NCBI GenBank assembly: GCA_963824995.1 | Contig: CAWGRK010000006.1 | Coordinates: forward strand, 1 to 64,000 | Reading direction: 5' to 3' | Length of the DNA stretch: 64,000 nt | Source: an uncultured Actinomycetes bacterium | Lineage (GTDB): Bacteria; Actinomycetota; Acidimicrobiia; Spongiisociales; DATADW01 | Shown: piece after piece, positions 42,479 through 52,097 of the stretch | Position numbering within the stretch: position 1 is the first letter of the stretch | How the letters are laid out: each line of letters starts with the position of its first letter | Made by a program: the position numbers and the translations under genes | The notes under the pieces: generated by a model | Seen by the model: the letters and a program-made list of their open reading frames with translations, nothing else | Told to the model about the DNA's origin: nothing | Databases searched by the model: none

Positions 42479-42888
42479 TCAGGCCGAGAGCAGCGTCACC
42501 AGGTCCAAGACGAATGCGGTCACCAGGAACCCGAGGACGATCACGATGAAGATCGTGTACTGCCACCGGGCACGGTGGTCGGCCAGCCAGAAGCGACGGA
42601 GTCCGGATATCGCCATGCCGATCGCCAGCACGGTCAGCATCAGGCTCACCGGGACGGCGAGCACCCCTGCCAACCCCAGCACCGGCGCCAGGACAGGGAT
42701 GACGAGATAGGTGAGCGTGCAGCGCACCGCCGACACAACGAGAGACTTACCAAGGAGGCGCTGCGCACCGAGGATCGCTCCGGGGACGGGGTCTCCCGTG
42801 ATACCGAGCAGCCGGCGCATGAACCGATCGGCCCGGCTTCGAGAGTCGGGGCGGGCGACCGGTCCAGGTGAGCGTGTAGAGACGGGCA
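42479..42888 (-). CDS. Conserved actinobacterial membrane protein
   Basis: SLVVSAVRCTLTYLVIP, GLRRFWLADHRARWQY; 3 TM segments; start uncertain. Confidence 0.7.
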
Positions 42889-42933
42889 TCTGGGGATGGC
42901 GAGGGTAGTAGGGGGCAGTGGTTGTCCTGCCGC

Positions 42934-43845
42934 TCACCGTTCCAGTGCCCTCCGGTCCCAGCGGGCGTGGACTGCCGCCGCCTCGTATGTGGTCTGGAGG
43001 AAGCCGAGGAGCGCGGCATCAGGGGCGGGAGAGGTGCGAACAACCTCGTAGGGGAGGATGAACTCGCCCATTGCGTCGTCGTAACCCGCACCAGCAGGCG
43101 TTATGGGGTGCTCGTCAAAGCCTTCGGGCTCGGGGTAGGCATAGGAGTAGAAGGCCCCCTCGACGCCGGTGTCGGGGAAGAAGCCGGCGCTGCTCACCTC
43201 GTGCGAGTAAGCCTCCTCCATCACCCAGTTGCCAACGTTGGGGACACCTCCCGGATGCGGGGGAGCGGGCCGGCCGGAAAACCGGGTGACCGCCAGGTCG
43301 AACGATCCCCAAAAGAAGTGGACAGGGCTGGCCTTGCCCACGAAGCGAGCCCTGAATTCCTGCAGGACCCGGTCGGCCTGGACTAATTGCTTCCAGAAGG
43401 TCCGGGCGCAGACCGGGTCATACGAGGCGTGTTCGTGATCCAGTTCGAATGGCACGGCGTCGTCGATCTCCACGGGCATCGTCCAAATCTGTGTTGACAG
43501 GCCGAGTTCGTCGAGCCTGCCCATCACTTCGGTGTAGAAGTCGGCCACCGACCGAGGTTCGAGCGGCATGATCGATTTCCTGCCGTCACTCGACACGATC
43601 ACAAACTGATGATCTATGAAGTCAAAGTCGATGGCGAAGACCGCGTGGCCGTGGGGGATCGAGGACGTCGTCATGCCCCGAGGAGTGACGTACAAAGCAA
43701 CTCCCCACCAGTGGGGGTTGGCCGGCGAGTGGGCGAGCCGTACTTTTCCCACAATCTGGGTCCACCGATGGAGCGTGTCTCTGGTGTCCCGCCAAGCGGC
43801 GACCGCCAGTGCAGGCCAGACCGTGGCTCCTAACGTGTCGCTCAT
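42934..43845 (-). CDS. DUF5996 family protein
   Basis: TLHRWTQIVGKVRL, SVADFY, FVGKASPVHFFWGSFDLAVTRFSGR, EAYSHEVSSAGF, FYSYAYPEP. Confidence 0.88.
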   Translation of the reverse strand: MSDTLGATVWPALAVAAWRDTRDTLHRWTQIVGKVRLAHSPANPHWWGVALYVTPRGMTTSSIPHGHAVFAIDFDFIDHQFVIVSSDGRKSIMPLEPRSVADFYTEVMGRLDELGLSTQIWTMPVEIDDAVPFELDHEHASYDPVCARTFWKQLVQADRVLQEFRARFVGKASPVHFFWGSFDLAVTRFSGRPAPPHPGGVPNVGNWVMEEAYSHEVSSAGFFPDTGVEGAFYSYAYPEPEGFDEHPITPAGAGYDDAMGEFILPYEVVRTSPAPDAALLGFLQTTYEAAAVHARWDRRALER

Positions 43846-43897
43846 GGGACCGAAGATAGGGTCAGTCCATTCTAGGCGGGGCACGACCGAGACGACC

Positions 43898-44392
43898 TTG
43901 CCTGTCACCTTGCGTGCCATGTCTCCCGCCGATTGGCCGCGAGTGGCGGAGATCCTCGCCGCCGGCCTCGAGGAGGGGCAGGCGACGTTCGAGACTCGGG
44001 TCCCCGAATGGGGAGATTGGGACCGTTCGCACCTGCCCGGGCTTCGATTGGTGGCCGTCGACTCAGAGGGTGGAATCGTGGCTTGGGTCGCAGCCTCGCC
44101 TGTGTCGCGCCGAGCCGTCTACGCGGGTGTGATCGAGCACAGCATCTACGTCGATGCCGGGTCCCGGGAGCGCGGGGTGGGCAGGATGCTTCTCGAGCGG
44201 TTCATCACCGATTCTGAGAACGCCGGGGTGTGGACACTGCAAGCGGGGATATTCCCCGAGAACGCCGCCAGTCTGGCGCTGCATCTCGGGTGCGGATTCC
44301 GCGTCGTCGGGACCAGGGAGAGGATCGGGCGACATCACCGCGTGTGGCGCGACGTGGTTCTCGTGGAGAGGCGAAGCTCTCGGGTCAGTTGA
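43898..44392 (+). CDS. GNAT N-acetyltransferase (phosphinothricin acetyltransferase-like)
   Basis: ATFET, EHSIYV, RGVGRML, ENAASLALH..CGFRVVG, WRDVVL.ERRS. Confidence 0.88.
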   Translation: MPVTLRAMSPADWPRVAEILAAGLEEGQATFETRVPEWGDWDRSHLPGLRLVAVDSEGGIVAWVAASPVSRRAVYAGVIEHSIYVDAGSRERGVGRMLLERFITDSENAGVWTLQAGIFPENAASLALHLGCGFRVVGTRERIGRHHRVWRDVVLVERRSSRVS

Positions 44393-44398
44393 GGACCT

Positions 44399-44980
44399 TC
44401 AGCTGGATCTGGGCCTGGGAACCTGACCGGCATGCTCTCCACGGTCCGCCCGCTCCGCGGTATCGGTCACCCGGGCGGCTCTGGTTGCTTCTCTCTTCGC
44501 CTGGGCGATCCACCCCAGCAACGCCTTGCGTGCCGAAGGGGGAAATGCCTCCCAGCGATCCCTAGCACCCGGTCGGCTCGCAAGGGCTTCCGCCAGGTCG
44601 GCGGGGACGACGAGCGCTTCTACATCGTCGAGCAACGTCCACGATCCGTCCTGCTTGGCGGTCTCGATCACCGCCCATCCGGCATCAGTGATCAGCCCGT
44701 CCCGCTCGAGCCGCTCGACTCGCTCCTTGTTGGTGCGGGACCAGCCGCTTCCCCTCCGGCGGGGCGTGAACCTGATCATCGACCGCTCGGCGTCGATCGT
44801 CTCGGCCCGAGAGTCGATCCAGCCGAAGCAGAGCGCCTCTTCCACTAGCCCTTCGTACTCGAGTCGCCTGCCGGTGTGCGCCTTCCACAAGACCAGCCAC
44901 ACCCCGCTCGACGACTCCACGTTGTTCTCCAGCCAGCGCCGCCAGTCGTCTCGAGTCTCGGGCTGGAACCGGTCGGTCAT
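44399..44980 (-). CDS. YdeI/OmpD-associated family protein
   Basis: WRRWLENN, VEEALCFGWIDS, FTPRR..S.WS..NK, WIAQAKREATR. Confidence 0.9.
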   Translation of the reverse strand: MTDRFQPETRDDWRRWLENNVESSSGVWLVLWKAHTGRRLEYEGLVEEALCFGWIDSRAETIDAERSMIRFTPRRRGSGWSRTNKERVERLERDGLITDAGWAVIETAKQDGSWTLLDDVEALVVPADLAEALASRPGARDRWEAFPPSARKALLGWIAQAKREATRAARVTDTAERADRGEHAGQVPRPRSS

Positions 44981-45015
44981 ATTGGTTTCCGTCTTCGGCC
45001 TTCCGCCTTCCGTAT

Positions 45016-45429
45016 TCATGAAGACCGTATCACCCAGCACGACTCGTGACGCTCCATCCCGATGTGGGGGTAGTAGTCGACCGCCGCCGGGGCGGCGAGC
45101 AGGATCAGAGTGGTCCCGGTGCCGGCGGCCTTGTGCGTCTCGTCGAGCAGACGCCGCCCGATCCCTTGACGTTGAAAAAGGCGGTCCACCGCCAGATCCG
45201 ACAGATAGGTGCAGTAGGCGAAGTCCGAGATAGCTCGCGAAACACCAATCAGCTGGTCGGCGTGCCGTGCCGTCACGATCACATCGGCTCCCGACGTCAT
45301 CGCCGCCATCATCTCTGGTCGGTCTACGGGGCGTCTCTCGCCCAGGCCCGAGCGTTGCAGCACATCGGCGAACTCCACCGAATCGAGGGTGGGCTCGAGC
45401 GCGTAGACGATGTCGCCGGGGGCTTTCAT
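45016..45429 (-). CDS. GNAT N-acetyltransferase
   Basis: [30 protein letters not shown]. Confidence 0.88.
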   Translation of the reverse strand: MKAPGDIVYALEPTLDSVEFADVLQRSGLGERRPVDRPEMMAAMTSGADVIVTARHADQLIGVSRAISDFAYCTYLSDLAVDRLFQRQGIGRRLLDETHKAAGTGTTLILLAAPAAVDYYPHIGMERHESCWVIRSS

Positions 45430-45502
45430 GAGATCGACGCTAGCCACACCACTCCTACCGTTCCCCCCTTCCTTAGACTCGACGCGTGCGAGCGAGGCGG
45501 TG

Positions 45503-45895
45503 ATGGCGCAACATCCGATAGAGATGATCCTCCTGCGGCAGTGGGCGAGCACCATGGCCATCCCCATATGGATGTGCGACGCCGATGGCAACCTCATCTA
45601 CTACAACGAGCCGGCCGAGGTGGTCCTCGGGATCAGATTCGACGAGGCCGGCGAGATCCCAGCAGCCGACGTGGCCGACAAGTTCGTCACCACCGACCTG
45701 GACGGCTCACCGCTCCTTCCCGAGCAACTGCCACTCGTGATCGCACTGACCAGGGCGGAGCCTTCGCACAAGCCGCTCCGGTTCAAGGCCGGAGATGGCT
45801 CGTGGCGGGTGGTCGAGGTCACCGCGATACCGGTCACCGGTCATGCTGATCGGGTCCTCGGTGCAGTCACCCTCTTCTGGGAGCCCCCCCTGTGA
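45503..45895 (+). CDS. Stand-alone PAS domain protein
   Basis: [49 protein letters not shown]. Confidence 0.85.
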   Translation: MAQHPIEMILLRQWASTMAIPIWMCDADGNLIYYNEPAEVVLGIRFDEAGEIPAADVADKFVTTDLDGSPLLPEQLPLVIALTRAEPSHKPLRFKAGDGSWRVVEVTAIPVTGHADRVLGAVTLFWEPPL

Positions 45896-45931
45896 GTCCG
45901 GGCCTGTGAGTTCGGCCCAGTGAGGCCGGGG
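45890..45931 (+). repeat. Degenerate 14-bp tandem repeat x3
   Basis: CTGTGAGTCCGGGC / CTGTGAGTTCGGCC / CAGTGAGGCCGGGG. Confidence 0.5.
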
Positions 45932-45943
45932 GGTGCTTAGGTC

Positions 45944-46774
45944 ATGAGGCTGACGTTGTTCGGCACCCGCGGGTCAGTGGGACGGGCCGGGGTGTCCACG
46001 GTCCGTTATGGCGGGGACACTTCGTCGGCGCTCGTGATCGACGATGGCGCCTGCCTCCTACTCGATGCCGGCTCGGGGATCGCTCACGTCGAGGAGCACT
46101 TGTCCGACGATGCGCGGCGACTCGACATCCTGCTCGGCCACCTCCACATGGATCACATCCAGGGCCTCGGGTTCTTCCCGCCATTGTTCAACCCCGATAT
46201 CGAAGTCCATCTCTGGGGGCCCGCCTCGCCGACGATGGAGCTCGCCGAGAGGCTGGCCCGCTACCTGTCCCCCCCACTGTTTCCTGTTCGGTTGCGTGAG
46301 CTTCCGGGCGTCGTGCTGCACGACGTGACTCCCGGCCGGTTCGAGATAGGCCCCTTCATCATCGAGGCCGATCTCGTCTCGCATCCTGGACCGACGCTCG
46401 GCTTCCGTATCGAGCGGAACGGGGTGTCGATCGCCTACCTGTCCGACCACGAGCCGGCGCTCGGCGTCGACTTCCCCGGCCCCGCCAACTGGACCTCGGG
46501 GTACGACCTTGCAGCCGACAGCGACCTCCTGGTCCACGATGCGCAGTACACCGCCGCCGAGTACACGACGAGGGCGGGGTGGGGGCACAGCAGTTTCGAG
46601 CACTGCCTGGCATTTGCCCGCCATGTCGGAACCCGATCATTGGTGACGTTCCACCATGACCCGGGACACTCCGACGTGTTGCTCGACCGCCTCCACGAAG
46701 ACGCCTCCGGAAGGGGCCTGCCCTTCGAACTCATCGCGGGCACCGCCGGGAAGTCGATCGACATAGGGGTGTGA
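45944..46774 (+). CDS. Metallo-beta-lactamase-fold hydrolase (RNase Z / cyclic-nucleotide phosphodiesterase-like)
   Basis: GTRGS, YGGDTS, LDAGSG, HLHMDHIQG, HPG, YLSDHE, HDAQY, WGHS, FHHDP. Confidence 0.88.
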   Translation: MRLTLFGTRGSVGRAGVSTVRYGGDTSSALVIDDGACLLLDAGSGIAHVEEHLSDDARRLDILLGHLHMDHIQGLGFFPPLFNPDIEVHLWGPASPTMELAERLARYLSPPLFPVRLRELPGVVLHDVTPGRFEIGPFIIEADLVSHPGPTLGFRIERNGVSIAYLSDHEPALGVDFPGPANWTSGYDLAADSDLLVHDAQYTAAEYTTRAGWGHSSFEHCLAFARHVGTRSLVTFHHDPGHSDVLLDRLHEDASGRGLPFELIAGTAGKSIDIGV

Positions 46775-46779
46775 GCCGA

Positions 46780-47142
46780 TCAACTGGGATCGGGCACGAG
46801 CCAGGTGATCACCCAGGAGATGAGCGCCATGACCAGTGCCCCGAAGAACGCCGCCCAGAATCCGTCCACACGAAGCCCGAACTCGAGCACGTCGGACGCC
46901 AACCAGTCGGCCAAGAGGAACATCAGGGCGTTGACGACCAGGCCGAACACCCCGAGGGTCAGAATGGTGAGCGGCAGCGAGAGCACCTGAGCCACCGGAC
47001 GGATGAAGGCGTTGACCACGGCGAAGATGGCGGCAACCACGACGAACTCCCAGAAGGAGCCTTGGTAGTCGAGCCCGGGGAGCAGGAGGATGGTGAGCCA
47101 CAGGGCCACACCGACAACCACCAATCTGATCAGGAGCCTCGT
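46780..47142 (-). CDS. Phage-holin-like membrane protein (YvlD/DUF360 type); apparent ACG start
   Basis: VVNAFIRP..LSLPLTILTLGVFGLVVNALM, VDGFWAAFFGAL; GAGGAGG lies 5 nt before ACG. Confidence 0.8.
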   Translation of the reverse strand, partial: TRLLIRLVVVGVALWLTILLLPGLDYQGSFWEFVVVAAIFAVVNAFIRPVAQVLSLPLTILTLGVFGLVVNALMFLLADWLASDVLEFGLRVDGFWAAFFGALVMALISWVITWLVPDPS

Positions 47143-47187
47143 CTCGCCCTCCTCGACGCAACCCGGCACGGTACCGCTGCAGGCGAC

Positions 47188-47895
47188 GTGAGCCACAGCG
47201 TCGGACAATCGACGCGTCGGGTGCTCTCGCTGAAAGCCCTCCCCCTCTCTTCCGCCCTGATCATCGGGCAATGCCTGGCCCATCTCGCCCTGCCGGCGGC
47301 GTGGTGGCAGGGACCGCACGTGGTGGCCAACCTCGCCCTGGCCACGACCGTCGCTCTGACCGATGGCAGCCCCATCTGGGGGCGCGGGCGCTGGGCGAGG
47401 CAATTGTCGGTGACGGTTGGGGCCATCGTGGGCAGCGGGGCGCTGACCGCGCTGGCCATGAGGCTCCCCGGGCTGCACCGTGTCTACGCCGCGGAGCGGG
47501 TTGGCTCGCTTCCGGTGTCGCGCCGGCTGGCCCACCTCGCCGTAATGGTTCCGCTGGGGACGGTTATCCCCGAAGAAGTGATATTCCGAGGGGTCCTGCA
47601 ACGGCGTTGGGAGGAGGAGACGGGCCGAACCTGGGGCGGGATTCTCGGATCGGCCGTGTTCTTCGGGCTGTGGCATCTCGGTCCCAGCGTGGCCGCCTTG
47701 GCGCGGCTGCGCCCACAGCTGGGAGCAGCGCAGATGGCCCCTGCGGTCATTTGGACGGTGGCCACCACCGGTCTGGCCGGCATCGGGTTCGGGGTTCTTC
47801 GGGCCGTCTCGGGGGGACTGGCGGCGCCCATTGGGGCACACCTGGCCGTCAACCTTGTTGGTTCGCTGGCCGGAAGACGCCTCGTTTCTCGATAA
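47188..47895 (+). CDS. CPBP (CAAX/Abi) intramembrane glutamic protease
   Basis: EEVIFRG, FGLWH, APIGAHLAVN; start uncertain. Confidence 0.82.
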   Translation: MSHSVGQSTRRVLSLKALPLSSALIIGQCLAHLALPAAWWQGPHVVANLALATTVALTDGSPIWGRGRWARQLSVTVGAIVGSGALTALAMRLPGLHRVYAAERVGSLPVSRRLAHLAVMVPLGTVIPEEVIFRGVLQRRWEEETGRTWGGILGSAVFFGLWHLGPSVAALARLRPQLGAAQMAPAVIWTVATTGLAGIGFGVLRAVSGGLAAPIGAHLAVNLVGSLAGRRLVSR

Positions 47896-48900
47896 TCAGG
47901 CGGAGAAGGACGCCAACCGATACTCGAGCACCTTCTGCTCGGGGTCGAACGCCCGGAGGTCGGCAAGGCCCAGGTAGCGCACCCCGGCGCGTACACGCTC
48001 CTCCTCGGAAACCGGTCCCGGAGTACCACCGGCCATTCCGGCTGCGTGATCTCCGGCGGCGAGCAGCGCTCCCAGCGGGACCATCCCGACTATCTCGCTG
48101 CCGCGTACCCCGATTCCGAGCTCCCGCGCCATCTCGGCGCAGGCGTCGAAGACCACATGGGGCGGTGTGGAGCGCCAATCGATCAGGTTGCACGAGACCT
48201 GGGCAACCCCTTGTGGCTCGAGGACCCAACCGATCGCCTGGAGTTGGGGGAGTCTGGTCTCCGGTTGTGGCCCCGATGAACGAAGGGCGGCGGCGATGGA
48301 CGAGGCGATCAGGTCGTCGGGCCTGTCCAGGTTGATGTTGTACGCGATCAGGACGGGGCGGGCCCCCACGGCGACGGCACCGCTATTCCGGTGGAACTCC
48401 ACCGGCCCGTAATCGGGCCGATCGGTGCGGGTGGAGAGAGCCTCATATCCGCCCCGCCGGACCTTGGCCAGCGAGACGTTCTGTCCGCTGCTGGACGCTG
48501 CGCCGTAGAGGTAAACAGGTATCCCGATGTTGTCGCCGATGCGTTTTCCCACCCGGCGCGCCAGGTCCACGCAGGTGGTCATCGATACACCGTGATAGGG
48601 CACGAAAGGGAGCACGTCCACCGCACCCATCCTGGGATGGGCACCGTGATGCCTGGTCATGTCGATCGAGACCGCAGCGGTGCGCACCAGGATGAGCGCC
48701 GCCTCCTCCACGGACTCGGGTGACCCCATGAACGTGAAGACCGTTCGATGCACGGCGGGGCTGGGATCCACATCGAGGAGCGTCACATCCCCGACCGAGG
48801 AGATGGCATCCGCCAACTCACCGATCACCCGCCGGTCGCGCCCCTCGCTCACGTTTGGCACGCACTCCACCAGCGGACCGGTGAGCGGTCGCCGGGTCAT
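47896..48900 (-). CDS. ftcD: Glutamate formimidoyltransferase
   Basis: LVECVPNVSEGR, HRTVFT, HPRMGAVDVLPFVP, GARPVLIAYNINL, AQVSCNL, SEIVGMVP. Confidence 0.92.
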   Translation of the reverse strand: MTRRPLTGPLVECVPNVSEGRDRRVIGELADAISSVGDVTLLDVDPSPAVHRTVFTFMGSPESVEEAALILVRTAAVSIDMTRHHGAHPRMGAVDVLPFVPYHGVSMTTCVDLARRVGKRIGDNIGIPVYLYGAASSSGQNVSLAKVRRGGYEALSTRTDRPDYGPVEFHRNSGAVAVGARPVLIAYNINLDRPDDLIASSIAAALRSSGPQPETRLPQLQAIGWVLEPQGVAQVSCNLIDWRSTPPHVVFDACAEMARELGIGVRGSEIVGMVPLGALLAAGDHAAGMAGGTPGPVSEEERVRAGVRYLGLADLRAFDPEQKVLEYRLASFSA

Positions 48901-50591
48901 TTCCGGGGCGTGCCACCCGGCACCGAAGCCTCGACCGTTTCCTCCAGACGCACCGACCCGTCTGTCTCGTGGAGTGCGTGGTGCACCGCCACCAGTTGCT
49001 CCCAGTCGGGCCGATCGGCCGGGTCATCAACGTCGATGGCGACGAGATGCCGCCCGATCGGCCCGCCGGCCCTGTCGAAGGCTCGAGCCGATCGGATGAG
49101 ATCTGCCGCTGCGGCGTCGATCCGCCTGTGCTGGCGGAGATGGTCCTCCCAGGAGGCGAGCAGGAAGACCTCCGTCATCCGGTGCGCGTCTTCGGCGTTG
49201 CGGTAGAGCCGCCACCTGTAGGCACCGGTGCGGAGACGGACCTGACGGACCTCGTTCATCAGCTCGAGGAACTCGGCCAGGTCGGACTGGTCGATCACCC
49301 AGGTGTTGAGGACCATCACCGGCCCTCCTTCGACGTGGTCTGCGTGCTCGGGGACGGTCCAGTCCTCGGGCGGCTCAGGGGTCACCACCGATCCAAGGTG
49401 GGGGAGATGGAGCGTGGGGAGAAACAGCCCGAGGATCACGGTGCCGGTACCCAACGCGACATACGCCACGGGAGTCCCGAACGCCGACCCGATGGCACCC
49501 GCCAGGAGCGCTCCCAAAGGAAGGACGCCGACAAAGGCAAGCGTGTAGAGCGACGCCGCCCGACCCCTCACCCACGCCGGGACCAGCAGCTGGACGGTGG
49601 CGTTGAGAGTGGCCAGCGTCCACACCCATGCGATCCCGGCGATGAAGAGCGCAATGGCGGCCAGCCACAGACCGGGAGCCAGGCCGACGGCTATCGCCGC
49701 AAGCCCGAAGATGGTGACCGCCACCCCGACGTGACGCTCCGCCAACCGTTCGGCAGCGGCGCCGCGGGTGAAGGCACCGAGCAACGCCCCCGCCCCCATG
49801 GCCCCGAGCAGGGCGCCATAGGCAAAAGCCCCTGCGTCGAGGCTCTCCTCGGTGAGGGTGGCTAGCAGCGACTGGACCACTCCCGAGGTGAGAGCGAAGA
49901 GCGCTGCCACCGCCAACAGACGGCGAAAGGGTGGGGTGAACCTGGCGAAGCGCACCCCGAGCCCGATTGCCGAAGCAACCGAGGACACCTCGGGTTCGGC
50001 GGGCTCGGACCAGTGGAGCCTGGCGACGGCGATGATCACTGCCAGGAACGAGAAGCTGTTGATGAGAAATGCCCACCCGGCACCGGCGGCGGCGACCAGC
50101 AGACCGCCTATGGCGGGGCCAACCGCCCTGGCGACGTTGAACGCCACCGAGTTGAGCGCCACTGCATTTGCCACCAGCTCACGGGGTACCAGATCGGGCA
50201 CCATTGCCTGCCAGGCGGGGAGGTTGAAGGCAACCCCGACTCCCAGCAGCAGCCCAAGCCCGAGGAGCAGCGGCGGGTTGAGTAACTCGAGGAAGGCGAG
50301 TGCCGCCATTGCGGTGGCGGCGATCCCCATCACCACCTGGGAGACCAACATCACCTTGCGCCGGTCGAGGATGTCGGCCAGGGCTCCGGCGGGAAGGGCG
50401 AGGAAAAGGAGCGGGAGCGTTCCGGAGGCCGCCATCGCCGAGACCCAGAGCGGCGACCCGGTCAACTCCTGCATGAGCCACGACGCCGCCACCGTTTGCA
50501 CGAACGAACCGACGTTGGACGCCACCGAGGCGAGCCACAGAGAGCGGAATGGTGCGTAGCGAAGCGGGGCAACCGAGGTGCTGAACGTCAT
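48897..50591 (-). CDS. MFS transporter (MFS_3 type) with C-terminal soluble domain
   Basis: AGALADILDRRK, NAVALNSVAFNVARAVGPAIGG, WVRGR, SWEDHLRQHRR. Confidence 0.9.
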   Translation of the reverse strand: MTFSTSVAPLRYAPFRSLWLASVASNVGSFVQTVAASWLMQELTGSPLWVSAMAASGTLPLLFLALPAGALADILDRRKVMLVSQVVMGIAATAMAALAFLELLNPPLLLGLGLLLGVGVAFNLPAWQAMVPDLVPRELVANAVALNSVAFNVARAVGPAIGGLLVAAAGAGWAFLINSFSFLAVIIAVARLHWSEPAEPEVSSVASAIGLGVRFARFTPPFRRLLAVAALFALTSGVVQSLLATLTEESLDAGAFAYGALLGAMGAGALLGAFTRGAAAERLAERHVGVAVTIFGLAAIAVGLAPGLWLAAIALFIAGIAWVWTLATLNATVQLLVPAWVRGRAASLYTLAFVGVLPLGALLAGAIGSAFGTPVAYVALGTGTVILGLFLPTLHLPHLGSVVTPEPPEDWTVPEHADHVEGGPVMVLNTWVIDQSDLAEFLELMNEVRQVRLRTGAYRWRLYRNAEDAHRMTEVFLLASWEDHLRQHRRIDAAAADLIRSARAFDRAGGPIGRHLVAIDVDDPADRPDWEQLVAVHHALHETDGSVRLEETVEASVPGGTPRK

Positions 50592-50696
50592 GAGGGAAGC
50601 TCAGGATCGTAGGTGCGCGCCCGCCGCTTTTGGCAGACCTCGGACCAGGTCAGCAATGGAGCCGATGCCCCTCGAGCGACGTGGTGGCCCTTGCGC

Positions 50697-51995
50697 TCAG
50701 AAGGGAAGAACGAGGCCGTTGGCCGGGGCCTGGTAGGTCCAGGTCCAACTCTGGGTGATCGTCTCACCATCGAGGTAGGTGATATAGCGGTAAACGGTGA
50801 CGGTCCCCCCGCCCTCGGGCGTCGCCGTGCCGGTGAGACCATCGTCGACCTGCCGGCCCTCGTTGTCGCCGTAAAGGGTGGCGGTGAGACTGCTGTCGCT
50901 GTAGGACATGTCGATGGTGACCGGGGTCGAGGTGTCGTTGCGGAACACCAGGTCGGGTGCGGTCCATCCCAATGTCGCTTCCCGACCCATCGGGTAGCGG
51001 CTGATGTAGAGGCTGTGAGGCTGGTGAAAGACGTCTTCGAGCCCGGCGAAGAAGACGGCGTTGTAGAGGGTCGTCGCCACCTGGCTGACTCCACCGCCGA
51101 TATTGGCTGGGTGATCGCAGCAGTAGACCTCTCCGCCGATGATGGCGGGCGCCGGCACGTATCCCTTCCCGCTGGTCCTCTCTCCGACCGTGGCGTTGAT
51201 CGAGAAGGTCTGACCGGGTGCGACCACCATTCCATCGATGGTGTCCGACATGAGATGGATGTTGGTCACGCGGCTCTCACAGCACGGGTGGAACGTGGTG
51301 AATTGGCCGATGAGTGTCGGTTCGGGCCGCGGCGGCGGGACGATCGGCTCCAGCCCGAGCGCCCGGGCGAGGAAAGAGGCCATTTCCTGGCGCTCGACTT
51401 CCGCCGACGGGCAGTAGAGGGTCTCGGTGCACCCATTGGTCACGCCCTCGCGGGCGAGGATGTTGATCTCGTTGCGGAAGTAGTTGCTCCTGGTGTCGTT
51501 GAAGGCTTGCTTCGGCTCGCCCTTCCACCCCATCGCCCGGACGATCAACGCTGCCATCTGGTCGCGAGCGATCGGTACATCGGGGCAGAACTCGGTGGGG
51601 GTGCAACCCAGAGTGATCCCAGCTTTGGCGATGGCGTTGATGTCCTTCTCGAACAGGCCGTCGTCGTCGGTGAAGTAGTCCTTCTTGCCGCTGGGAAGAT
51701 CGAGCGCTCGGTGGAGGAACGCCGCCATGTACTTGCGAAGCACCGGGTCCTCGGGACAGAAGTACTCGCCGTCCTCGGTGCAACCGAGGGTGATACCGGC
51801 GGCGTAGATGGCCTCGATGTTCCCCTCGTGGGTGCTGCCGTCGTCATCGAGAAAGGTGCCACCGGGAGGAAGTTCGACCGGCGGGTCCTCCTGGGCGCCG
51901 GCGGGCGCGGCAAAAAGCCCAACAACGAGGGTGGCTATGAGTGCCGCCAGCAACGACCGTCGGCGAGTCTTGGACCGGACGCGGACCCCGCGCAT
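50697..51995 (-). CDS. Secreted protein with S-layer homology repeats and a VanW-like domain
   Basis: Signal peptide; three F.D...I..I...GIT.GC...FCP..V.R..MA repeats; FSINATVGER, GGGVSQVATTLYNA, HSLYISRYPMGREAT, DLVFRNDT. Confidence 0.85.
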   Translation of the reverse strand: MRGVRVRSKTRRRSLLAALIATLVVGLFAAPAGAQEDPPVELPPGGTFLDDDGSTHEGNIEAIYAAGITLGCTEDGEYFCPEDPVLRKYMAAFLHRALDLPSGKKDYFTDDDGLFEKDINAIAKAGITLGCTPTEFCPDVPIARDQMAALIVRAMGWKGEPKQAFNDTRSNYFRNEINILAREGVTNGCTETLYCPSAEVERQEMASFLARALGLEPIVPPPRPEPTLIGQFTTFHPCCESRVTNIHLMSDTIDGMVVAPGQTFSINATVGERTSGKGYVPAPAIIGGEVYCCDHPANIGGGVSQVATTLYNAVFFAGLEDVFHQPHSLYISRYPMGREATLGWTAPDLVFRNDTSTPVTIDMSYSDSSLTATLYGDNEGRQVDDGLTGTATPEGGGTVTVYRYITYLDGETITQSWTWTYQAPANGLVLPF

Positions 51996-52097
51996 TGGTC
52001 ATCTCCAAAAGACGTGTGGCGGGCAGGGTAGACCGGCCGTCGCTGGGGACAAGAACTCTCGCTCGGGCTCGGCTTATCGCCGGGGAGTGACCCGTGT

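Noticed and set aside
50697..51995. Vancomycin resistance locus
   Set aside because: A VanW domain alone is widespread; no vanHAX or vanRS present.
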